Source: Alphaproteobacteria bacterium (GTDB taxonomy: Bacteria; Pseudomonadota; Alphaproteobacteria; CACIAM-22H2). Taken from it: a DNA stretch of 39,159 bases. The position numbers were made by a program, and so were the translations under genes. The stretch lies in the NCBI GenBank assembly GCA_044359885.1, contig JBIKLI010000002.1, positions 1-39,159 on the forward strand, given 5' to 3'. Of the stretch, positions 1-9,948 are shown in pieces (the stretch's first letter is position 1; each line of letters starts with the position of its first letter). Under the pieces are notes generated by a model that made no database searches, was not told where the DNA came from, and saw only the letters and a list, made by a program, of their open reading frames with translations.

Positions 1-356
1 TCCATGCGCGCCGGCAGTTCGACCAGCCGATCGGCGCATTCCAGCTGGTTCAGGGCAAGCTCGCGGACATGTACACCACGACCAACGCCTGCAAGTCCTA
101 TGTCTACGCTGTCGCGCGGGCATGCGACGCCGGCCGCACGACGCGCAAGGACGCCGCCGGCGCCATCCTCTACGCCGCCGAGAAGGCGACCCAGGTGGCG
201 CTCGACGCCATCCAGCTGCTTGGCGGCAACGGCTACATCAACGACTATCCGACCGGTCGCCTGCTGCGCGACGCCAAGCTCTACGAGATCGGCGCCGGGA
301 CCAGCGAGATCCGGCGCTGGCTGATCGGGCGCGAGATCTTCGCCGAGACGGCCTGA
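1..356 (+). CDS. ivd: isovaleryl-CoA dehydrogenase, C-terminal fragment (5' end outside the window, reading frame 3)
   Basis: Frame 3 is open from the window edge to TGA at 354-356. The translation [20 protein letters not shown]...[35 protein letters not shown] is the conserved C-terminal domain of acyl-CoA dehydrogenases, with an IVD-like pattern. mccB, liuC and mccA lie downstream on the same strand. Confidence 0.85.
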   Translation, partial: HARRQFDQPIGAFQLVQGKLADMYTTTNACKSYVYAVARACDAGRTTRKDAAGAILYAAEKATQVALDAIQLLGGNGYINDYPTGRLLRDAKLYEIGAGTSEIRRWLIGREIFAETA

Positions 357-376
357 GGCCGGGGAAAGAGACCGCC

Positions 377-766
377 ATGCCGCGCCGCCTGATCTCTTCC
401 GGCTCCAGCTTCGAGAACGAATTCGGCTACAGCCGCGCCGTCGTCGACGGAGACTGGATCTTCGTTTCCGGGACCACGGGCTTCGATTACGCGCGCATGA
501 CCATCAGCGACGATCCCGTCGAGCAGACCGAGCAATGCCTGCGCAACATCGAGGCGGCGCTGGCCGAGGCGGGTGCCGATCTCGCCGACACGGTGCGCGT
601 GCGCATCTTCGTGGACCGCGTCGAGACCTTCGATGCGGTGAAGCGCAGCGTGATCGGCCGCAAATTCGCCGCGATCCGGCCCGCCAATACGACCCTGGTG
701 ACGGGCTTCATCGATCCGCGCATGAAGATCGAGATCGAAGTCACGGCGAAGCGAAGGAAGGAATGA
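377..766 (+). CDS. RidA/YjgF/UK114 family protein (reactive-intermediate deaminase-like)
   Basis: ATG at 377 is preceded by GGAAAGAG (363-370). The 129-aa product has the pattern SRAVVDGDWIFVSGTTG...VRVRIFV...IEIEVTA typical of the RidA/endoribonuclease L-PSP fold. The longer track ORF from 122 overlaps ivd and is Arg-rich. Confidence 0.8.
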   Translation: MPRRLISSGSSFENEFGYSRAVVDGDWIFVSGTTGFDYARMTISDDPVEQTEQCLRNIEAALAEAGADLADTVRVRIFVDRVETFDAVKRSVIGRKFAAIRPANTTLVTGFIDPRMKIEIEVTAKRRKE

Positions 767-773
767 AGGGACC

Positions 774-1448
774 ATGCCCACGATCCTGATCACCGGAGCC
801 GGGCGCGGGCTCGGCCTCGAACTGGCCCGCCGCTTCGTCGAACTGGGCTGGGAGACGCTGGGCACGGTCCGCGACCTCGCCAAGGGGGCCGGCATGCCGC
901 GCGGCAGCCAGACCTTCCTGTGCGACATCTCCGATCGCGCGTCGCTGCAGCGGCTCGCGCGCGACCTCAAGGGCAAGCCGATCGACGTGCTGTTCTGCAA
1001 CGCGGGCATGTTCGGCAAGCGCCAGCAGGGAATCGGCAGCGTCGACTACGATCTCTGGGCCGAGGTGATGCGGGTCAACGTGTTCGCCCCGATGGCCTGC
1101 GTCGAGGCGCTGGCCGACAATGTCGCGGCGAGCGCGCGGCGCCAGATCGTGATGATGTCGAGCCGCATGGGGTCGATCGGGGAGAACGCGGGCGGCGGCG
1201 AAGTGGTCTACCGATCCAGCAAGGCGGCGCTCAACGCCGTCACCAGGAGCCTGTCGATCGACCTGAAGCCCCGCGGGGTCACGCTGATCGCGGTCCATCC
1301 GGGCTGGGTCCAGACCGACATGGGCGGGCCGCGGGCGACGCTGACGCCGGCGCAGTCGGTCGCCGGGCTGTCGGAGGTGGTCCTCGGGCTGACGCCGGAA
1401 AAGAGCGGTCGTTTCTTCAACCATGACGGCGCCGAGATCGCCTGGTGA
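774..1448 (+). CDS. short-chain dehydrogenase/reductase (SDR) family oxidoreductase
   Basis: N-terminal Rossmann motif [11 protein letters not shown], catalytic YRSSK (YxxxK), a 224-aa length typical of classical SDRs, and GAAGGG ahead of the ATG. Confidence 0.85.
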   Translation: MPTILITGAGRGLGLELARRFVELGWETLGTVRDLAKGAGMPRGSQTFLCDISDRASLQRLARDLKGKPIDVLFCNAGMFGKRQQGIGSVDYDLWAEVMRVNVFAPMACVEALADNVAASARRQIVMMSSRMGSIGENAGGGEVVYRSSKAALNAVTRSLSIDLKPRGVTLIAVHPGWVQTDMGGPRATLTPAQSVAGLSEVVLGLTPEKSGRFFNHDGAEIAW

Positions 1449-1452
1449 CGCG

Positions 1453-2589
1453 ATGGAACCCGACGAGAGCCAGGCGCTGATCCGCGACACGGCGCGCGAT
1501 TTCGCCCGCACGCGGCTGGCGCCGGGCGCCGCCGCGCGCGACCGCGAAAGCCGCTTCCCGCGTGCGGAGATCGCGGAGATGGGCGCGCTCGGTTTCATGG
1601 GCATGCTGGTGCCCGAGGAATGGGGCGGGGCCGGCGCCGGCCATCTCGCCTATGCGATGGCGCTGGAGGAGATCGCGGCGGCGGACGGCGCCTGCTCGAC
1701 CATCATGAGCGTCCACAACTCGGTCGCCTGCCTGCCGGTGCTGCGCTTCGGCAGCGTCGCGCAGAAGGAACGCTTCCTGCGGCCGCTGGCGCGCGGCGCG
1801 ATGCTGGGCTGCTTCTGCCTGACCGAGCCCCAGGCGGGGTCCGATGCCGCAGCCTTGGCCACGCGCGCGCGGCGCGACGGCGATGTCTGGATTCTCGACG
1901 GCACCAAGCAGTTCGTCACCTCGGGGGCGCAGGCCGATCTCGCCATCGTCTTCGCGGTCACCGATCCGGCTCGGGGCAAGCGCGGCATCTCGGCCTTCCT
2001 GGTGCCGACCGCATCGCCGGGCTGGCGGGTCGCCCGGACCGAGGAGAAGCTCGGCCAGCGTTCCTCCGATACCGCCCAGATCGTGCTCGACGGCCTGCGC
2101 GTGCCCGTCGACATGATGCTGGGCGCGGAAGGCGAGGGCTACCGCATCGCGCTCGCCAATCTCGAGGGCGGGCGCATCGGCATCGCCGCGCAGGCGGTCG
2201 GCATGGCGCGCGCCGCGTTCGAGGCCGCGCTCGCCTATGCCCGCGACCGGCGCAGCTTCGGCCAGCCGATCGTCGCGCATCAGGCGGTCGGTTTCCGGCT
2301 GGCGGACATGGCGACGCGCATCGCCGCGGCGCGGCTGCTGGTCCACGACGCGGCGCGCCGCCGCGACTCCGGGCGGCCCTGCCTGACCGAGGCCTCGATG
2401 GCCAAGCTCTTCGCGTCGGAGATCGCGGAGCAGGTCTGCAGCGACGCGATCCAGATCCATGGCGGCTATGGCTATCTGGCCGATTTCCCGGTCGAGCGGA
2501 TCTATCGCGACGTGCGCGTCTGCCAGATCTACGAAGGCACGTCCGACATCCAGCGGCTGGTGATCGCCCGGGCCCTGGCCCAGGGCTGA
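1453..2589 (+). CDS. acyl-CoA dehydrogenase (short/branched-chain type), second ACAD of the cluster
   Basis: Full-length ACAD pattern: [73 protein letters not shown] at 1453 follows the SDR stop at 1448. The alternative upstream start at 1423 would overlap the SDR gene. Confidence 0.9.
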   Translation: MEPDESQALIRDTARDFARTRLAPGAAARDRESRFPRAEIAEMGALGFMGMLVPEEWGGAGAGHLAYAMALEEIAAADGACSTIMSVHNSVACLPVLRFGSVAQKERFLRPLARGAMLGCFCLTEPQAGSDAAALATRARRDGDVWILDGTKQFVTSGAQADLAIVFAVTDPARGKRGISAFLVPTASPGWRVARTEEKLGQRSSDTAQIVLDGLRVPVDMMLGAEGEGYRIALANLEGGRIGIAAQAVGMARAAFEAALAYARDRRSFGQPIVAHQAVGFRLADMATRIAAARLLVHDAARRRDSGRPCLTEASMAKLFASEIAEQVCSDAIQIHGGYGYLADFPVERIYRDVRVCQIYEGTSDIQRLVIARALAQG

Positions 2590-2619
2590 GGCGCATCGCC
2601 GCGCAAGCCAGGAGGAACC

Positions 2620-3222
2620 ATGTCCGCGCCGCTCCGGTTCTATTTCGACTTCTCCAGCCCCTATGGCTTCCTGGCTTCGCTGCGCATCGAGGCGATCGGC
2701 GCGCGGCACGGGCGGCGCGTCGACTGGAAGCCGGTCCTGCTCGGGGCCGTGTTCAAGGTCTCCGGGCAGCAGCCGCTGCTCGGCATTCCGATGAAGGGCG
2801 ACTATGCGCGCCACGACATGGCGCGCTTCGCGCGCCTGTGGGGCGCGTCGCTGGCGATGCCGCCGGTGTTCCCGTTCTCCAGCGTCGCGGCCAGCCGCCT
2901 GTTCTACTGGCTGGACGAGACCGATCCGGCGCGCGCCGTCCCGTTCGCGCGGGCCGCCTATGCCGCGGCCTGGGAACGGCAGCAGGACATCGGATCGCCG
3001 GATGGCGTGGTCGCCGTCGCCGCCGGGCTTGGCGTGGCGCCGGAGGCGGCGCGCGCGGCGATCGCGTCGCCGGCGGTGAAGGAGCGCCTGCGCCGGGAGG
3101 TCGATGCCGCGATCGCCGGCGGCGTCTTCGGTTCGCCCTACGTGGTCGTCGACGGCGAAGCCTTCTGGGGCGCCGATCGTCTGTGGCAGGTCGAGGAATG
3201 GCTCGCGCGGGGCGGATGGTGA
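2620..3222 (+). CDS. 2-hydroxychromene-2-carboxylate isomerase family / DsbA-like thioredoxin-fold protein
   Basis: 200 aa. The N-terminus FYFDFSSPYGFL and the C-terminal GVFGSPYVVVDGEAFWGADRL are hallmarks of the HCCA-isomerase/DsbA-like family often found in CoA-ester catabolic clusters. Confidence 0.75.
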   Translation: MSAPLRFYFDFSSPYGFLASLRIEAIGARHGRRVDWKPVLLGAVFKVSGQQPLLGIPMKGDYARHDMARFARLWGASLAMPPVFPFSSVAASRLFYWLDETDPARAVPFARAAYAAAWERQQDIGSPDGVVAVAAGLGVAPEAARAAIASPAVKERLRREVDAAIAGGVFGSPYVVVDGEAFWGADRLWQVEEWLARGGW

Positions 3223-5486
3223 CGATGTTCGCGTCCGGCCTTGCGCCCCTCCTGCGGCGCGCGTTCCTGCTGGCGGCCCTGTTGCTGACGGCCCTGGCGG
3301 CGCCGGTGGCGGTGACGGCCGCGGCGCCGCAATCGTCCACGGGTCTCGCCGTGGCGGAGCGCGCTCAGGTCGAAGCCCTGATCGCGACGCTCGAGGACGA
3401 GACGCAGCGCACCCGTCTGGTGGAGCAGCTTCGATTGCTGCTGAAGGCCCAGGGCGAAGCCCCGACCGCGGACGGGCTTGGCGGGGTCGGCCGCCTTTTC
3501 TTCGGCGCGATCGCGGACGATCTCGCAGGTCGGATCGATCGGATCCTGGCGGCGCTGCGGCCCATGGCGATCGCCGAGGCGATGCATGTCTGGCTCGACC
3601 GCATCGCCAGCGACCCGGCCGAACGCGATCGCCTGCTCGGCTTCCTCGGCAAGCTGGCTGCCGCCCTGGTCGCCGGCGCCGTCGCCGAGATGCTTGCGCG
3701 CGCGGCGCTGCGCCGTCCGCTCGACCGGCTGGCGACTGGCGGGCCGGCCGGCGCCGGCGCACGATTGCTGCGGTTCACGGGCGCCGCGATGCTGACGGCG
3801 CTGCCGCTGGCAGCCTTCGCGATGGCGGCCGCGATCGCCGGTTCGGCGATGTCTGCGCGGCCGCTCGAGACCGTGGCCGCGACGACGATCGTCATCGGCT
3901 ACGCCATCGCGCGCTTCGCCAACGGCGTATCGGCACTGGCCTTCGCGCCGGGCGGCGACCGGCGTCCGCTGCTGGGACTGGATCCGGAAAGCGGCGCCTA
4001 TATCCACGTCTGGGTCGGGCGCTTCACCGCGATCGGCGTGTACGGCGTGGCGCTGCTGGCGGCGCTGCAGCCGCTCGGCATGCCGCGCAGCGTGCACGAC
4101 CTGATGCTGCGGGTCCTGGGGCTGGTCCTGGTGCTGCTGGCGGCCGTGGTGGTGCTGCAGAGCCGCGAGGCGGTCGCGTCATGGATCGGCGCCGAGCGGC
4201 GGGGACCCGATGGCGGCGCAGGATCGCCGCGCGCGTCGCGGCTGCTGGACGCGATTCGCGGCTACGCGGCGGGACTGTGGCACATCCTGGCGATCGGCTA
4301 TCTGGTGATGGGCTATGCGGTCTGGGCGCTGGCGGTCGACGGCGGCGGCGCCTTCCTGCTGCGCGGCACCCTGGCGAGCGTGGCCGCGGTCGTCGCCGCG
4401 CGCCTCACCTCCGGCTGGCAGCATCGCGGCCTTGCCAAGCTCTTCCGCATCTCGGCCGATCTGGCGGCGCGCATGCCGACGCTGGAGGCCCGGGCGAACC
4501 GCTACCTTCCCGTGCTGCGCCTCTTCTTCGACTCGGTGATCGCCGTGATCGCCCTTTCCGTCGTGCTCGAGGCCTGGGGCCTTCGCGGCTTCGCCTGGCT
4601 GACCACCGATATCGGCCGGCTGTTCGTCGGCAAGCTGGCGTCGATCGCGATCGTCGTGGCGACGGCGGCGATCGTCTGGGAACTGGCCAGCGCCCTGATC
4701 GAGCGGCGGCTGCGGCGGCTGGACATGGAAGTGGATCGCGGGCCGCATGGCCAGCGGCTGCGGACCTTCCTGCCGCTGCTGCGCAATGCGACCTTCGTCG
4801 TCGTCGCGGGCGTGGCGGTGCTGTCGATCCTGTCGGAACTGGGGGTCAATGTCGCGCCGCTGCTGGCCGGCGCCGGCGTGGTCGGCATCGCGATCGGTTT
4901 CGGCGCCCAGACCCTGGTCAAGGACGTCATCACCGGGCTGTTCATCCTGTTCGAAGACACTGTCAATGTCGGCGACGTGGTCGATCTGGACGGCGGCCAT
5001 GCCGGCACGGTGGAATCCCTGTCCATCCGGTCCATCCGCCTGCGCGACGTCACCGGCGCCCAGCACACGGTGCCGTTCAGCCAGGTGGGCACGATCAAGA
5101 ACATGACCAAGGATTTCGGATTCTACGTCTTCGACCTCAGCGTCGCCTACGAGACCGAACTCCAGCGCGTGGTCGCGGTCCTGCGCGCGGTCGACGCCGA
5201 CGCGCGCGCCGACCCGGCGATCGCCGCCGACGTCCTGGAACCGCTCGAGGTCTTCGGCCTCGAGCGCTTCGGCGATTTCGCCCTCGTGGTCCGGGCCCGG
5301 GTGAAGACGCGGCCGGGCCGTCAGTGGCGGATCGGGCGGATCTACAACGAGCGCATCAAGGACGCCTTCGACCGGGCGGGGATCGAGATCCCGTATCCGC
5401 ACCGCGTGGAGATCCAGAAACGCATCGACCCCCCGCGTCCCCCCGAGCCGCCCGAGCCGCCCGAGGGCGTGCCGGCGCGGGGGTGA
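3216..5486 (+). CDS. large mechanosensitive ion channel, MscS family (signal peptide, periplasmic coiled region, multi-TM domain, MscS core)
   Basis: ATG at 3216 overlaps the upstream stop (ATGGTGA); an alternative ATG lies at 3225. N-terminal signal-like FLLAALLLTALAAPVAVTAAAP and many hydrophobic segments. MscS core GFGAQTLVKDVITGLFILFEDTVNVGDVVDL...GTVESLSIRSIRLRD. Only this part of the 1288-aa track ORF looks coding. Confidence 0.85.
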   Translation: MVTMFASGLAPLLRRAFLLAALLLTALAAPVAVTAAAPQSSTGLAVAERAQVEALIATLEDETQRTRLVEQLRLLLKAQGEAPTADGLGGVGRLFFGAIADDLAGRIDRILAALRPMAIAEAMHVWLDRIASDPAERDRLLGFLGKLAAALVAGAVAEMLARAALRRPLDRLATGGPAGAGARLLRFTGAAMLTALPLAAFAMAAAIAGSAMSARPLETVAATTIVIGYAIARFANGVSALAFAPGGDRRPLLGLDPESGAYIHVWVGRFTAIGVYGVALLAALQPLGMPRSVHDLMLRVLGLVLVLLAAVVVLQSREAVASWIGAERRGPDGGAGSPRASRLLDAIRGYAAGLWHILAIGYLVMGYAVWALAVDGGGAFLLRGTLASVAAVVAARLTSGWQHRGLAKLFRISADLAARMPTLEARANRYLPVLRLFFDSVIAVIALSVVLEAWGLRGFAWLTTDIGRLFVGKLASIAIVVATAAIVWELASALIERRLRRLDMEVDRGPHGQRLRTFLPLLRNATFVVVAGVAVLSILSELGVNVAPLLAGAGVVGIAIGFGAQTLVKDVITGLFILFEDTVNVGDVVDLDGGHAGTVESLSIRSIRLRDVTGAQHTVPFSQVGTIKNMTKDFGFYVFDLSVAYETELQRVVAVLRAVDADARADPAIAADVLEPLEVFGLERFGDFALVVRARVKTRPGRQWRIGRIYNERIKDAFDRAGIEIPYPHRVEIQKRIDPPRPPEPPEPPEGVPARG
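5442..5465 (+). repeat. 9-nt in-frame tandem repeat CCCGAGCCG, 2.7 copies, encoding the PEPPEPPE tail of the MscS protein
   Basis: Read directly: cccgagccg cccgagccg cccgag at 5442-5465, inside the last 20 codons of the channel gene. Confidence 0.6.
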
Positions 5487-5527
5487 CCTTGGCCGCCGGG
5501 CCGGTTCCCTGCTACTGATCGCGAGCC

Positions 5528-7135
5528 ATGCCCGCGATCTCCAGCGCCATCGACGTGTCCGGCGATGCATTCCGCGCCAATCGCGACGCGATGCGCGCGG
5601 CTGTCGCCGAGTTGCGCCGCCTGACCGCGGCCGCGGCCGAAGGCGGCGGCGCGGCGGCGCGCGAGAAGCATGTCCGCCGCGGCAAGAAGCTGCCGCGCGA
5701 GCGCGTGGCGCTGCTGCTCGATCCCGGATCGCCGTTCCTGGAGTTCTCGCAGCTCGCCGGTCACGGCATGTACGGCGACGACGTGGTCGGCGCCGGCCTG
5801 ATCACCGGCATCGGACGGATCGCCGGTCGCGAATGCGTCGTCGTCTGCAACGACGCCACGGTCAAGGGCGGCACCTATTTCCCGATGACCGTGAAGAAGC
5901 ATCTGCGCGCCCAGGAGATCGCGCGCGAGAACGAGCTGCCTTGCGTCTACCTCGTCGATTCCGGCGGCGCCAACCTGCCCAACCAGGACGAGGTCTTCCC
6001 GGATCGCGAGCATTTCGGCCGGATCTTCTACAACCAGGCGACCATGTCCGCCGCGGGCATTCCGCAGATCGCGGTGGTGATGGGCAGCTGCACGGCGGGC
6101 GGCGCCTATGTCCCGGCGATGTCCGACGAGGCGATCATCGTCAAGGGACAGGGCACGATCTTCCTGGGCGGTCCGCCGCTGGTGAAGGCGGCGACCGGCG
6201 AGATCGTCTCGGCGGAGGATCTGGGCGGTGCCGAGGTGCATGCGCGAATCTCCGGCGTCGCCGATCACATGGCGCGCGACGACGCCCATGCGCTGGCGAT
6301 CGCCCGGCGCTGCGTGGCCAACCTGAACCGGTCCCGTCGCGCCACGCTCGACGTGGCGCCGCCGCGCGCGCCCCTCTATCCCCCCGACGAGATCCATGGC
6401 GTCGTTCCGCCCGATCTGCGCCATCCCTATGACGCGCGCGAATTGATCGCGCGGCTGGTCGATGGCTCCGAACTGGACGAGTTCAAGCCGCTCTACGGGA
6501 CGACCATCGTCACCGGCTTCGCCCGGCTGCACGGCTACCCGGTCGGCATCGTCGCCAACAACGGCATCCTGTTTTCCGAGTCCGCGCTCAAGGCCGCGCA
6601 TTTCATCGAACTCTGCGCCCAGCGCGGCATCCCGCTCGTCTTCCTGCAGAACATCTCGGGCTTCATGGTCGGGCGGAAATACGAGAGCGGCGGCATCGCC
6701 AAGGACGGTGCAAAGCTGGTCATGGCGGTCTCCTGTGCGCGGGTGCCGAAATTCACCGTCATCGTCGGCGGCAGCTTTGGCGCCGGGAATTACGGCATGT
6801 GCGGCCGCGCCTTCGGGCCGCGCTTCCTGTGGATGTGGCCAAACGCCCGCATCTCGGTGATGGGCGGCGAGCAGGCGGCGTCGGTGCTGGCGACCGTGCG
6901 GCGGGATGGGCTGGCGGCGCAGGGCCGGGACTGGAGCCCCGAGGCCGAGGAGGATTTCAAGGCGCCCATCCGCGCCCAGTACGAGACCCAGGGAAATCCT
7001 TACTACGCCACCGCGCGGCTGTGGGACGACGGCATCATCGATCCTGCCGAGACGCGCGACGTGCTCGGGCTCGCGATCTCGGCGGCGCTCAACGCGCCGA
7101 TCGAGCCCACGCGCTTCGGCGTCTTCCGGATGTGA
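5528..7135 (+). CDS. mccB: 3-methylcrotonyl-CoA carboxylase, carboxyltransferase (beta) subunit
   Basis: 535 aa with the carboxyltransferase pattern: [83 protein letters not shown]. Lies next to liuC and mccA. Confidence 0.93.
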   Translation: MPAISSAIDVSGDAFRANRDAMRAAVAELRRLTAAAAEGGGAAAREKHVRRGKKLPRERVALLLDPGSPFLEFSQLAGHGMYGDDVVGAGLITGIGRIAGRECVVVCNDATVKGGTYFPMTVKKHLRAQEIARENELPCVYLVDSGGANLPNQDEVFPDREHFGRIFYNQATMSAAGIPQIAVVMGSCTAGGAYVPAMSDEAIIVKGQGTIFLGGPPLVKAATGEIVSAEDLGGAEVHARISGVADHMARDDAHALAIARRCVANLNRSRRATLDVAPPRAPLYPPDEIHGVVPPDLRHPYDARELIARLVDGSELDEFKPLYGTTIVTGFARLHGYPVGIVANNGILFSESALKAAHFIELCAQRGIPLVFLQNISGFMVGRKYESGGIAKDGAKLVMAVSCARVPKFTVIVGGSFGAGNYGMCGRAFGPRFLWMWPNARISVMGGEQAASVLATVRRDGLAAQGRDWSPEAEEDFKAPIRAQYETQGNPYYATARLWDDGIIDPAETRDVLGLAISAALNAPIEPTRFGVFRM

Positions 7136-7144
7136 GGCTTGCGC

Positions 7145-7936
7145 ATGGGCGACGCCCTGCTGACCGAGATCGACCGCCGCGGGGTGGCGACCGTGACGCT
7201 CAACCGGCCGGCGCTGCACAACGCCTTCGATGACCGGCTGATCGCCGATCTGGCGGCCGCGCTGCGCGCGCTGGAGGCCGATCCGGCGGTCAGGGTCGTC
7301 GTGCTGGCCGGGGCGGGGCGCAGCTTTTCCGCCGGGGCCGATCTCAACTGGATGAAGCGCATGGCGCTCTATTCGGAGGCCGAGAACCGCCGGGACGCCG
7401 AGGCGCTGGCGCTGCTGATGCGCACGCTGGACGAACTGGCCAAGCCGACCATCGCCGCCGTCCATGGGCCCGCCGTGGCCGGCGGCTGCGGCCTCGTGGC
7501 GTGCTGCGACATCGCTCTCGCCGCCGAGCGCGCCAGCTTCGCGATCTCGGAGGTGCGGCTGGGGCTGATTCCCGCCGTCATCTCGCCGTATGTGGTGACG
7601 GCGATCGGCGTGCGCAACGCGCGGCGCTATTTCCTGACCGCGGAAAGCTTCGATGCGCGCGAGGCCGAACGCATCGGGCTCGTCCATGGCGTCGTCGCGA
7701 CCGACCAGCTGCGTCCGGCGGTCGACCGCCTGGCAGACCTGATCGTGGCCAATGGGCCGCAGGCCCTGGCCGCGGCCAAGCGGATGATCCGCCGCGTCGC
7801 GCATGCGCCGGTCGACGACGCGCTGGCCGCCGAGACGGCGGCGCGCATCGCCGAGATCCGGGCCGGTGCGGAAGGCCGGGAAGGAATCGCGAGCTTCCTC
7901 GAGAAGCGCAAGCCCGGCTGGGTCGCCGGCGGGTGA
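7145..7936 (+). CDS. liuC: methylglutaconyl-CoA hydratase (enoyl-CoA hydratase/crotonase family)
   Basis: Crotonase fold motifs VVVLAGAGRSFSAGADL and AAVHGPAVAGGCGLVACCDIALA. ATG at 7145 lies 7 nt after GAGG; the track ORF begins at TTG 7139. Its position between mccB and mccA gives the specific assignment. Confidence 0.85.
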   Translation: MGDALLTEIDRRGVATVTLNRPALHNAFDDRLIADLAAALRALEADPAVRVVVLAGAGRSFSAGADLNWMKRMALYSEAENRRDAEALALLMRTLDELAKPTIAAVHGPAVAGGCGLVACCDIALAAERASFAISEVRLGLIPAVISPYVVTAIGVRNARRYFLTAESFDAREAERIGLVHGVVATDQLRPAVDRLADLIVANGPQALAAAKRMIRRVAHAPVDDALAAETAARIAEIRAGAEGREGIASFLEKRKPGWVAGG

Positions 7937-7944
7937 GGGACGCG

Positions 7945-9948
7945 ATGTTCGACCGCCTCCTGATCGCCAATCGCGGCGAGATCGCCTGCCGGGTGATGCG
8001 CACGGCACGGCGTCTGGGGATCGCGACGGTGGCGGTCTACAGCGATGCCGATCGCGACGCGCTGCATGTGCGCATGGCCGACGCGGCGCTGCGCGTCGGC
8101 CCGGCGCCGGCACGCCAGAGCTATCTCGACATCGCCGCGGTGATCGAAGCCGCGCGCGCTTCGGGCGCGCAGGCGATCCATCCGGGCTACGGGTTCCTGT
8201 CGGAGAACGCGGCCTTCGCGGAGGCCTGCGCCGCTGCGGGGCTGGTCTTCGTCGGGCCGCCGCCCGGGGCTATCCGCGCGATGGGCGACAAATCGGCCGC
8301 CAAGGCGGCGATGGAGGCGGCCGGCGTTCCGGTCGTGCCCGGCTATCACGGCGCTGGCCAGGACGACGCGGTCTTCGCCGACGCGGCTTCGCGCATCGGC
8401 TATCCGGTCCTGGTGAAGGCCGCGGCGGGCGGCGGCGGCAAGGGAATGCGCGTCGTGGAGGCGGCGGGCGATCTTGCGGCCGCGCTGGCCGGGGCGCGCC
8501 GCGAAGCGGCCTCTGCCTTCGGCGACGAACGGCTGCTGATCGAGCGCTATCTGCGCCGCCCCCGCCATGTCGAGGTCCAGGTCTTCGCCGACGGCCATGG
8601 CGCGTGCATCCATCTCTTCGAGCGCGACTGTTCGCTGCAGCGCCGCCACCAGAAGGTGGTGGAGGAGGCGCCGGCGCCAGGCATGACGGCCGAGCGCCGC
8701 GCGCAGATGGGCGAGGCCGCGACGCGCGCCGCACGCGCGGTCGGCTATGCCGGCGCGGGCACGGTCGAGTTCATCGCCGACCAGGACGGCAGCTTCTTCT
8801 TCATGGAGATGAACACGCGGCTGCAGGTCGAACATCCGGTGACCGAGATGATCACCGGCCTCGATCTGGTCGAGTGGCAGCTGCGGGTCGCGGCGGGCGA
8901 GCGGCTGCCGCTGTCCCAGGCCGAGGTCCAGTTCCGTGGTCATGCCTTCGAGGCGCGGATCTATGCCGAGGATCCGCAGCGCGACTTCCTGCCGGCCGGC
9001 GGCACGCTCGCCGCCTTCGAGACGCCGCCGGGCACGGCGCATACGCGCATCGATGCCGGCGTCGCCGCAGGCGACGCGATCGCGATCGACTACGATCCGA
9101 TGATCGCGAAGCTGGTGGTATGGGGCGACGACCGCGATGCTGCACTCGCGCGGCTTCGCGGCGCGCTGGCCGCGACGCGCATCGCGGGTGCGGTCACCAA
9201 TCTCGAGTTCCTGCGCCGGGTCGCCGCGCATCCCGCCTTCGCGGCCGGCGCGGCGGAGATCGACACCGGCTTCATCGCGCGCCACCGCGCCGCGCTGGTG
9301 CCGGCGCCCGCCAGCGCGGACGATGCCACCCTCGCCCTCGCCGCGCTGGCGGTCCTCGACGAGGCGCCTGCGCGCGGCGCTGCCACCGATCCCGATCCGT
9401 GGAGCCCGTGGCGAGCACGCGACGGCTGGCGGCTGGGCGGGGCGGCGGCGCGCCGGCTGGAATTCGTCGACGGGGAGACGCGGCATGTCGTCGATGCCGT
9501 CGCGCTGCCGCAGCCGCGAAGCTACCGGCTGGGTCTTCCCGGCGGGACCATGCCGGTCCGCGGCCTCGCCGCGTCATCGGGTCGCGTGCGCGCCGATCTG
9601 GGCGGGCGCGTGGCCGAGGCCAGCGTCGCGCGCATCGGGGCGGTACTGGCGATCGACGACGGTGCGCGGTCGTGGCGACTGACGCTGGCCGATCCCCTGG
9701 CCGCCGGCGGCGCCGAGGAGGATTCCGGCGGACGCTTCGCCGCGCCGATGCCGGGCAAGATCGTGGCGGTGCGATGCGCTGCCGGCGATCGCGTCGCGCG
9801 CGGCCAGGTGCTGGTCGTGCTGGAAGCGATGAAGATGGAACATGCGATCCTGGCACCCGCCGACGGCACGGTTGAAGCCCTGCGCTACGGGCCGGGGGAC
9901 CAGGTCGCCGAGGGCAGCGACCTGCTCGTGTTCAGGCCGGCATCATGA
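7945..9948 (+). CDS. mccA: 3-methylcrotonyl-CoA carboxylase, biotin carboxylase + biotin carboxyl carrier (alpha) subunit
   Basis: N-terminus MFDRLLIANRGEIACRVMRTARRLGI, the ATP-grasp region, and the C-terminal biotinylation motif VLEAMKMEH. 667 aa. The upstream part of the track ORF from 7501 overlaps liuC out of frame. Confidence 0.93.
   Translation: MFDRLLIANRGEIACRVMRTARRLGIATVAVYSDADRDALHVRMADAALRVGPAPARQSYLDIAAVIEAARASGAQAIHPGYGFLSENAAFAEACAAAGLVFVGPPPGAIRAMGDKSAAKAAMEAAGVPVVPGYHGAGQDDAVFADAASRIGYPVLVKAAAGGGGKGMRVVEAAGDLAAALAGARREAASAFGDERLLIERYLRRPRHVEVQVFADGHGACIHLFERDCSLQRRHQKVVEEAPAPGMTAERRAQMGEAATRAARAVGYAGAGTVEFIADQDGSFFFMEMNTRLQVEHPVTEMITGLDLVEWQLRVAAGERLPLSQAEVQFRGHAFEARIYAEDPQRDFLPAGGTLAAFETPPGTAHTRIDAGVAAGDAIAIDYDPMIAKLVVWGDDRDAALARLRGALAATRIAGAVTNLEFLRRVAAHPAFAAGAAEIDTGFIARHRAALVPAPASADDATLALAALAVLDEAPARGAATDPDPWSPWRARDGWRLGGAAARRLEFVDGETRHVVDAVALPQPRSYRLGLPGGTMPVRGLAASSGRVRADLGGRVAEASVARIGAVLAIDDGARSWRLTLADPLAAGGAEEDSGGRFAAPMPGKIVAVRCAAGDRVARGQVLVVLEAMKMEHAILAPADGTVEALRYGPGDQVAEGSDLLVFRPAS

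Noticed and set aside
5442-5465. A tandem 9-nt repeat, considered as a possible CRISPR-like or contingency repeat.
   Set aside because: There are only 2.7 copies. It is in frame and simply encodes a Pro-Glu-Pro tail. No spacer structure exists, and no homopolymeric or phase-variable tract is present.
1620-5486. A 1288-aa plus-strand ORF that could be read as one giant protein.
   Set aside because: Only the part from ATG 3216 has signal peptide, TM and MscS features. The first 530 codons run out of frame through the acyl-CoA dehydrogenase and isomerase genes and translate to Arg/Gly-rich nonsense.
5342-8113. A 923-aa minus-strand ORF, plus similar very long ORFs such as 33266-36256 (-), 1417-3762 (-), 16716-19694 (+), 7627-9486 (-) and 26597-28492 (-).
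   Set aside because: All are antisense or out of frame to genes with unmistakable family signatures (mccB/mccA, clpA, ADH/ALDH, ugd). Their translations are Arg/Pro/Ala/Gly-rich and low in complexity. These are the expected stop-codon-poor artefacts of a high-G+C genome.
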